From Clostridia bacterium (GTDB lineage: Bacteria > Bacillota > Clostridia > Christensenellales > CAG-1252), in contig SACC01000001.1 of the NCBI GenBank assembly GCA_009928745.1, positions 1 through 33,194 of the forward strand: a DNA stretch of 33,194 nt. Direction: 5' to 3'. Both the position numbers and the translations under genes were made by a program. This document shows positions 1-6,100 of this stretch, in pieces. Below the pieces are notes generated by a model, which ran no database searches, had not been told where the DNA came from, and saw only the letters and a program-made list of their open reading frames with translations. Positions within the stretch are counted from its first letter, which is position 1; every line of letters starts with the position of its first letter.

Positions 1-1153
1 CCTTAAGGTCGGGCGCAACTTGACGCTGTTTTTCGTACACCGCCATAAGCCCTTCTCTGTCGGTTGACTCGTCCTCTCTTTCGATAACCTCAAAGGCGCT
101 AGGCCCTATAAGTAGATTGTTATCAATAGTCTTAATTACTCCTCCGCCCTTAGTGTGCGATTTGCCCGAACTTCCCAAAATAAAACGTCCTAAGACTGTT
201 GACGTCAGCTTAGATGCCTTACTGTCTAAGACTCCCTCAACGCCCTTTCTTGGGTGAATGGTAAAGAACCTGTCTCCAGCCATCTCGGCTATTATATCAG
301 AAAAAACTCCTGAAGCGTTAATAACCACTTTCGGGTATATCTTACCTCTGTTTGTGGTAACCGAAAGTATCTTTTTGCCGTCGTTTTCTATATCAGTAAC
401 GGCTGTATTCAGGCACACTTGCGCGCCGTTTTTTATGGCGTTTTCTGCCAAAGCTACCGTCATTAGGTATGGGCTTACTATCCCAGCGCCATAGCACATA
501 AGCCCGCCAAACTTAAAGCCCGCCTTAGGAAGCATTTCCGCTATTTCTTTGTTGTTTACATACTTTATAGGTATATTGTTTTTTCTAGCCCGAAGCTTTA
601 TTATTGGCATAATAAGCTTTTGCCAACGCTCGGTAAACAGTACGCATTGCCCGCACTTACTTATCGGCACGTCAAGCTCCTTGCTAAGCGTGTCATATAG
701 CTTGTTTCCGCGCATATTATATTTTACTTTGTTAGAATCAGGTTTCAAGTCTATTCCTGCGTGAATCATTCCGTCATTCCTTGAAGATTGCGCTACGGCA
801 ACGTCATATTCCTTTTCCAAAAGCATAATATTAAGCTTATAGCGTGACAGTTCTCTTGCTATCGCGCAACCTACAATCCCTCCGCCGATAATAACCACGT
901 CGGGAGTTTCGCCGTCATATAGCTTGTCCTCAATACTGGGCATCCTCATTGGTTTAGGAGCATAATTTTTTAGCCTAATATTGTTAATTACTCCGCGTGA
1001 ATTTTTGTCTACGGCAAGTCTTCCCGCCTCAACTATGTCGGAATAATCGTCCATTTCCCCTTGGAGCAAAACACCGCCGTTTTTCTCAGAAACGACCACT
1101 TTAGCATACCCTGCTTTCGCCATTTTTCGCTTTATTTCGTTAATATCTACCAT
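1..1153 (-). CDS. FAD-dependent oxidoreductase (DAO family; GlpA / glycerol-3-phosphate dehydrogenase / L-2-hydroxyglutarate oxidase-like). Only the 5' 384 codons are present; the C-terminus lies left of the window
   Basis: Hand translation of the minus strand from ATG 1153-1151 stays open to base 1 with no stop, which is why the ORF track omits it. Sequence: MVDINEIKRKMAKAGYAKVVVSEKNGGVLLQGEMDDYSDIVEAGRLAVDKNSRGVINNIRLKNYAPKPMRMPSIEDKLYDGETPDVVIIGGGIVGCAIARELSRYKLNIMLLEKEYDVAVAQSSRNDGMIHAGIDLKPDSNKVKYNMRGNKLYDTLSKELDVP...VVINASGVFSDIIAEMAGDRFFTIHPRKG...GKSHTKGGGVIKTIDNNLLIGPSA. DVVIIGGGIVGCAIARELS is the FAD Rossmann GxGxxG motif. The SSRNDGMIHAG and HPRKG blocks are typical of clostridial GlpA-like / LhgO-like flavoproteins. 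Plus-strand track ORFs 258..494 and 549..764 are antisense shadows of this gene. Confidence 0.85.
   Translation of the reverse strand, partial: MVDINEIKRKMAKAGYAKVVVSEKNGGVLLQGEMDDYSDIVEAGRLAVDKNSRGVINNIRLKNYAPKPMRMPSIEDKLYDGETPDVVIIGGGIVGCAIARELSRYKLNIMLLEKEYDVAVAQSSRNDGMIHAGIDLKPDSNKVKYNMRGNKLYDTLSKELDVPISKCGQCVLFTERWQKLIMPIIKLRARKNNIPIKYVNNKEIAEMLPKAGFKFGGLMCYGAGIVSPYLMTVALAENAIKNGAQVCLNTAVTDIENDGKKILSVTTNRGKIYPKVVINASGVFSDIIAEMAGDRFFTIHPRKGVEGVLDSKASKLTSTVLGRFILGSSGKSHTKGGGVIKTIDNNLLIGPSAFEVIEREDESTDREGLMAVYEKQRQVAPDLK
902..1153 (-). other. About 84-aa N-terminal extension of the oxidoreductase with a BON-like pattern, preceding the Rossmann motif
   Basis: The GxGxxG motif normally sits within the first ~10 residues of this family; here it starts at about residue 85. 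Residues ~17-62 (AKVVVSEKNGGVLLQGEMDDYSDIVEAGRLAVDKNSRGVINNIRL) follow the BON-domain pattern V.V.V..G.V.L.G.v......a...a....GV..v.N.i.l. They are in frame with the enzyme, with no intervening stop. Confidence 0.4.
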
Positions 1154-1162
1154 AATAACTTA

Positions 1163-1191
1163 ATTATAACATAGCAAAAAATGACTGTAAA
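1163..1191 (-). promoter_or_regulatory. Sigma-A/sigma-70-like promoter with extended -10, placed for a leaderless or near-leaderless oxidoreductase mRNA
   Basis: Read on the minus strand: TTTACA (1191-1186), 17-nt spacer, TGt (TG at 1171-1170), TATAAT (1168-1163). Only 9 nt (TAAGTTATT) follow before ATG 1153, with no Shine-Dalgarno-like purine run in that gap. Confidence 0.45.
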
Positions 1192-1205
1192 TACACAGTT
1201 TTTTG
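1176..1205 (-). terminator. Weak candidate intrinsic terminator downstream of the 604-aa gene
   Basis: Minus-strand RNA reads CAAAAAACUGU-GUAUUU-ACAGUCAUUUUUUGC. The stem is 5 bp (1184-1188 with 1195-1199, plus one G.U) flanked by A6 and U6 runs, about 60 nt after the TAG stop at 1264-1262. The stem is short and AT-rich and overlaps the proposed -35, so read-through is likely. Confidence 0.25.
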
Positions 1206-1261
1206 AAAGTGTAGATTATCGAGAAATCACCTTATTTTTCTGCTAAAGCTTACAAAAAAGA

Positions 1262-3076
1262 CTAAAATAAGTCAAGGTCGGTAAATTTTCTATATTTTCC
1301 AATTGGGCGAAATGCCCATTTTGCATACAAAACTATATTTTTATCAGGCATATTTTTTAGGCTGATTAACTTGCTGTTTAATGTATCCTCCAAGTGCCAC
1401 CCGTCAAAAATCAAGGAGCCAAAACTTGCGTCAGGTATATCTATTTCTATGCCTGCGCTGCCTATAATAGGCTTTAATTCATATCCGATTATATTTGTTA
1501 CAAAGCTGATTTTGTATGTTTTACTGCGGTAGATAACGATTATAACCGTCAGCGCAAGCATCGCCGCGATGCAAATTATAAGTCCGATTATCCAATATAA
1601 TTGATAGTCGTCGGCATATATCACAAACATACCTAAGCTTTCGGGCTGAAAAACAATTTCATTTTGTCCATTATAAGTATACTCTATAGGCTTGCCTAAT
1701 CCGTTTTCGTTATAATACAGACGCAAATTCCTACCGTTTGGCGGTGTTATTACTATGGTTGTACCCTCGGGGACGGCTAAAATTTCTCCCTCATACAAAA
1801 GCGACACCGTATACACTCCTGCAAGCTTGCGGAAGGCGTTTTCTTCGGTATCTATCAAGGCATTTTCGTTTTTTGTCACAACCACGTCAGCTCCGTACTT
1901 AAAGCCCTCTTGACTAATAAGAGTAATATTAAAGCCTTCATTTTGCATAGAAATAACCGGGCTTAATACATTAATTTCAACCATAACTTCCTCGGCAGGC
2001 AAATAATTGGCTGTGCCGATAGTTGTTATTCTAACGAAATAATTGCCTACGTCAATGAATCTATTACTTCCAAGCTGGTTGTTAATAATAAAAACGGCGT
2101 TGCGCTTTTCTTCGCCTGTCAACGTGTAGGGAATAACAAAAGGCGTTCCGTCGTATCTTCTTTTATACAAATTTTCTTCCACGTTAATAACGCTTTTTGC
2201 CTTGTTGATAATAATTTCGGCATAGAGATTGTTTTTTTCCATTTCATAATCGCCGTTAAAAAGCTTATAGTTATTTTTGTTATAGTCTAGTATCGCAGTT
2301 ACCCTATATCGCCCCACCGTTTGGGCAAGGTTGCCTTGATACCTTACGCTGACAGTTTCCGGAATATCCCCTGTTACCGCTAAATTCTTCGGCTCACCGT
2401 CATAAATAAAGGTTTTATCTTCAAAAACAATTCCGCTGATGTCAATAATGGCTTTCTCTATTATAAGCGTTGCGTAAGCCGTACCGCCTTCTATGGTGTA
2501 GTTGCCGCTATTACAGGCAAAAACCGCGCTAACTAAATACTGCCCCGCTTGACTTTGGTTGTTAGAAACATAGCTTACGTCTATTTCGCTAGGCATAAAG
2601 CCTTCCAATGCCAAACTTTTTACCGTTCCGTCATAGGTATAGGTTTTGTTTTCAAAAAATAAATCTCTGGTGTCGAAAACTGCGGGAATAATGGTATATA
2701 TTCCGTTAATTCTTTGTATGTCGTAAGTGTCGGAAGCATTGCAAACTACCGTTATTACGTATTCTCCGACGTCTCCGCCCTCTTCTTTAACAAGAGTGAT
2801 ATCTAATTCTTCAATCTCGCTTTGGGAAAGTGTCTCGCCGCTTATAGTATAGTCAAGAGCAACAAAATCTTCGCCATAAACTTGCGTTTTATCGTTAGCT
2901 GTAATAGTAACGACTTCACCGCCGAAGGCAAATGCAGGAGCGATTTTTTCTTCAGAAAAAGCTATGCCGAAAAATGCGCCCATAACTAACGCTAAGCTAA
3001 AAAATAAGTATGCTATTTTTTTCGACACAAAAGCTCCCCCCCCCCCTTTATTTTTTTCTTTTTGTTTCTTAATCAA
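1262..3076 (-). CDS. Membrane-anchored surface protein: N-terminal signal/anchor, one MBG (YGX-type) domain, three YDG domains, a beta-sandwich stalk, a TM helix, and a C-terminal Listeria-Bacteroides (Flg_new) repeat
   Basis: Track ORF of 604 aa with stop TAG 1264-1262. The N-terminus KKIAYLFFSLALVMGAFFGIAFS is a hydrophobic signal/anchor. VTITANDKTQVYGEDFVALDYTISGE...GEYVITV...YDIQRINGIYTI matches the MBG YGX-type pattern. KTYTYDGTVKSL, KTFIYDGEPKNL and YKRRYDGTPFVI are YDG-domain starts. The start codon is ambiguous: TTG 3076 (as in the track), or GTG 3028, which gives MSKKIAYLFF..., a textbook signal-peptide N-terminus, and is preceded by GGGGGAG plus 5 nt. Confidence 0.85.
   Translation of the reverse strand: MIKKQKEKNKGGGGAFVSKKIAYLFFSLALVMGAFFGIAFSEEKIAPAFAFGGEVVTITANDKTQVYGEDFVALDYTISGETLSQSEIEELDITLVKEEGGDVGEYVITVVCNASDTYDIQRINGIYTIIPAVFDTRDLFFENKTYTYDGTVKSLALEGFMPSEIDVSYVSNNQSQAGQYLVSAVFACNSGNYTIEGGTAYATLIIEKAIIDISGIVFEDKTFIYDGEPKNLAVTGDIPETVSVRYQGNLAQTVGRYRVTAILDYNKNNYKLFNGDYEMEKNNLYAEIIINKAKSVINVEENLYKRRYDGTPFVIPYTLTGEEKRNAVFIINNQLGSNRFIDVGNYFVRITTIGTANYLPAEEVMVEINVLSPVISMQNEGFNITLISQEGFKYGADVVVTKNENALIDTEENAFRKLAGVYTVSLLYEGEILAVPEGTTIVITPPNGRNLRLYYNENGLGKPIEYTYNGQNEIVFQPESLGMFVIYADDYQLYWIIGLIICIAAMLALTVIIVIYRSKTYKISFVTNIIGYELKPIIGSAGIEIDIPDASFGSLIFDGWHLEDTLNSKLISLKNMPDKNIVLYAKWAFRPIGKYRKFTDLDLF
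1316..1513 (-). other. Listeria-Bacteroides repeat (Flg_new-type) located C-terminal to the TM helix (aa ~522-587)
   Basis: KISFVTNIIGYELKPIIGSAGIEIDIPDASFGSLIFDGWHLEDTLNSKLISLKNMPDKNIVLYAKW shows the family hallmarks: V.F...G, GY.F.GW-like FDGW, a D..L...... segment, and a terminal LYAKW. Confidence 0.65.
1529..1597 (-). other. Transmembrane helix of the 604-aa protein (aa 494-516)
   Basis: YWIIGLIICIAAMLALTVIIVIY is 23 uncharged, mostly aliphatic residues. It is followed directly by RSKTYK, consistent with a positive-inside cytoplasmic flank. Confidence 0.7.
1964..2671 (-). other. Three tandem YDG-type domains of the 604-aa protein (aa ~136-371)
   Basis: Each unit starts with F(F/V)E(N/D)KT(Y/F).YDG..K.L... 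or the variant LYKRRYDGTPF. Each ends with G.Y.V.A......NY......A.L.I.KA. Confidence 0.6.
2684..2914 (-). other. MBG (YGX-type) domain of the 604-aa protein (aa ~55-131)
   Basis: VVTITANDKTQVYGEDFVALDYTISGETLSQSEIEELDITLVKEEGGDVGEYVITVVCNASDTYDIQRINGIYTIIP. It shows the ITA.D..K.YG, Y...G, G.Y.I and Y.I....G..TI spacing characteristic of the family. Confidence 0.6.
3036..3046. repeat. Homopolymer C11 on the plus strand (G11 in the mRNA) at the 5' end of the 604-aa gene
   Basis: Counted directly: aagct-ccccccccccc-tttat. On the coding strand this reads AAA GGG GGG GGG GGA GCT and encodes GGGG at residues 11-14 if TTG 3076 is the start. If GTG 3028 is the start, the tract forms the SD region instead. 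A T7 run lies adjacent at 3051-3057. Confidence 0.95.
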
Positions 3077-3087
3077 AAAATATTATC

Positions 3088-3119
3088 CTTCCCCCTCCTC
3101 AAGCTTGAAGAGGGGAAAG
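3088..3119 (-). promoter_or_regulatory. Strand-specific 13-bp RNA hairpin between the giant ORF stop and the 604-aa gene start; its 3' arm contains the SD-like purine run
   Basis: Minus-strand RNA reads CUUUCCCCUCUUC-AAGCUU-GAGGAGGGGGAAG. All 13 positions pair: 11 Watson-Crick plus 2 G.U. On the plus strand the same two positions would be C-A mismatches, so the structure is complete only in the minus-sense transcript. It starts 6 nt after stop TAG 3128-3126. The 3' arm is followed by GAUAAUAUUUU and then UUG 3076. Confidence 0.6.
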
Positions 3120-3125
3120 AAATTA

Positions 3126-6100
3126 CTATTTACTTGCAATATAGATATAGGTGTAGATTACGAAGGTCTTTGGCGTCATGCCTTGCTGCGAATAAACCCC
3201 GTCATAGATTGTTTCGGCATCCGTTGTAGTACCCATAGTAATTGAGAAGGTTGTTTCAACAAGATACCTTGTGCCAATTTGCGCCATTGTATTGATTGCG
3301 GTAAAGTCTCCTATCGGTATTCTTGTTTGTCCGTTCATTCTGTAAACATTGCTGTTATACCAAGGCAGGTAAGTCGCCGCCGAAGAGTTGAACATTGTGT
3401 AGTCGGTGCCTAGGTTTATTCCGCCAAAAAGCGGTAAATCCGTGGTCGTCTTAACCGAGAATATATAGTTCATTTGGAATAAAGGCAAGTTCCTGATATT
3501 AAACATAGTTCCTTGCGTTACATAAAGCGTAGGTATGCTCTGAGCTGACTGAGCGCCTGCCTGCCAATAATAATTGCTGGTTGCTGTTAGCTTAGCATCA
3601 TCGTCATAGCGGTAACCTTTAGCGAGCATCACTCCCGAATTCTTATAAGACACTTCGTTTTCGTCCACATTCTCATCGGAGTTGGGCACATAAAGGTAAT
3701 GCTTATTACTTATTGCGTCGGAAATGTAGAACGACCTAGCGCCAGTTTCGTCCTTCTTGAAAATGCTTGCTACAAGACCTGTGCTTATCGGGTCAATGAA
3801 GTGAACGATAGAACTGTCGTATCCGGAAATAATCGTTTCTCCCTGTATTGCTGTGGAAGCGGCAGGATATGCCCTTCTTCCAACTGCTCTCCAATAGAGT
3901 ATACCGATTTGATATTCGTTAACCAGTTGATTTTCGTTTTCGTCCAAACCAAAGTCTACGTTCTGCAAGGATGCAGGGCTGAAGTTGTTGGCAACAACCT
4001 CTCTTTGTGAGAGCTCTCCGCCCGCTACTGTGTCAAACCTTTCCGACTTAACCGGCTTTTCTAATTTGTAATATTCGAGCGGTATAAAGTCGTTAGTATC
4101 TGTAGAGAACAAGTTGTAAGAGGTATTCATACCGAAGTACTGAATCAGGTTTTCCGGAAGAGCGTAGGTTGTTCCCTTCGGCAAACTTAGCATTCCTGGA
4201 ACGTTGCTGTTAATCCAGCTTCTTGTAGAGGTGTTAGATAACTTCCAACGGAAGGTTTGTCCGCCCTTGCCGCCCAAGGTTATCGTTGCATATTGGGCAG
4301 CTTTGTCGCCGAACGCCACAGCTCCGAAGTACCATCTGTTATAATTATTCCTATACGTTCCGCCGCCGTTAATGTTGGTAACAAAGGTTTCTTTGGCAAT
4401 ACCGTTAACTTTGTAATGGACTCTATAGCCGTAGCTTGAATCATAAACAGGGTGTCCGTTTTCTTCATTATAAACAACTTCGATATAGAAGTCAGGGTTG
4501 TTTTCTTCGGTTAAACTGCTTACTTTAGGCAATAGTATGATATCTTGAGGTCCATACGCTATAGTACTGATAAAGGCGTCTACCGCTCCTTCGGTATCAA
4601 AGAACAGCCACGGGTCTACTGCAAACTTCTTGGTATACAACTGGTCGTCTAAGCTCATGGTAAAGGAGGTCTTTCTCTCGGTATCATTAAAGTATACCGT
4701 TATTTTGCCCTGGTTTGCGCCCGTCCACAAAGCTTCTGTCTTATATTTCTTACAAGTTGCTAAGAAGTTGTTTATAGCTAAGCTGTTGTGCGGCACTGCC
4801 ATCAAAGCGTTATATTGTTCATACCCTTGTTTTGTTGTGGTATAAATCATAACGTCGTCGGGCATCTTAAGTCCGCCAAGCTGGATGAAATAATACGGGT
4901 CGATAATTCTCCAGTTATTGATACTATCGTCGTATTCTATTGCCCCGTCAACAATGGCATTCTTGTATCTGTCAGCCGATTCGTCAGAAACAAGGTCGTT
5001 TAATATATTTCTGAAATATGTGTCATAGTCTATTTCAAACCCGCTGTCATTAACAGGATTGGCAAATACAATATACTCTTCGGTTAAATTGAACATTATT
5101 TGAGCATTTTGTTGTCCTTTTGCGCCTAGTCCGTAACCGGGTATTACCATATTAAACTTAGCCTTACCGCCCTTATAGTTTAATCCTTGAGTGGTATCTA
5201 GGGTAAAGCTCATTTGAACTGCGTTGTTATATGCGTTGCCTCTATTATCTGTGCCGTTTGTTTCTTCAACGCTTAAGATATAGTTGCCGCTGCTTTCGGC
5301 TATTTGGTTGAGCGTATAATAAATAGGGTCATTAAAGTCTTCAAAGTATACACCGAAAACTAAGGTTGTAGAACTACTGAAGTGCTTTGCTATAAGCTTG
5401 CTTTCTATATTGGATTGTCCTATATAGTCATAAACGCTTATTGTGGTATCGTAGCCTATGGTTTCATTCTTAAGTATATTGGATGTAAATCCGTAGAAGC
5501 CTCTTTCGATATCTACTTTCCTGCTCAATATCTTAACGGGATATACCATCTTTTGATAAGCGTTGCCGCTGCCTATGCTTACTTCAACCTCTCCGCTGCC
5601 GCCCGAATATCTCCAGAACATATCAGCGTCGTAGAACTTAACCCCAAGTTTGTTCTCGCCCTGTTCGGTAGAAAGGTTGTAATTGATATAATACTTACCT
5701 CCCTCAACGTATCCCGGCAGAGAGCCAAACAGCACGTCGAATTCCGTCCTTTCGAACTTGAGTACGGTATCATATTGACCGCCGGCTAAATAGCCTTGCT
5801 GCGTTGCCGCATTGAAGCCTAGGTCAGAATTTACGTACTTAACAAACGGGTCAAACTCAAAGCCTTTTACCGTCGTTGTCGTACCGCCCGAAGACAATGT
5901 TATATTCTTAAAATTAGGAGCGTTGCTTGCATTAAAGCCAAAGTCGCTGATTGTACGGTTTACGTATACAATCGGTATGCTATAGGTTTGAATACCTGCA
6001 TACAAGCCTTCCTCTGCGCTGCCGAAGCTGGCCACGAGCTTGCCGGCGCCGCCACCGTAATTTATCTTGCCGCCCGACCTTCTAAGCTCTGCGCTTAGTA

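Noticed and set aside
258-764. Plus-strand track ORFs 258..494 and 549..764
   Set aside because: They are antisense shadows of the minus-strand FAD-dependent oxidoreductase. That gene's frame is open from 1153 to base 1 and carries clear family motifs.
3088-3119. The hairpin as a canonical rho-independent terminator separating the two genes
   Set aside because: The U-run starts 8 nt after the stem rather than directly at its base. The stem overlaps the SD-like sequence of the next gene only 11 nt upstream of its TTG. A coupling, attenuating or stabilising role fits better, and partial termination is not excluded.
2964-3245. Plus-strand 93-aa ORF spanning the 604-aa gene start, the intergenic hairpin and the giant ORF stop
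   Set aside because: It overlaps two well-supported minus-strand genes and the structured spacer. Its translation (..PPPPLFFSFCFLIKKYYPSPSSS..) simply reads through the C11 tract and the hairpin.
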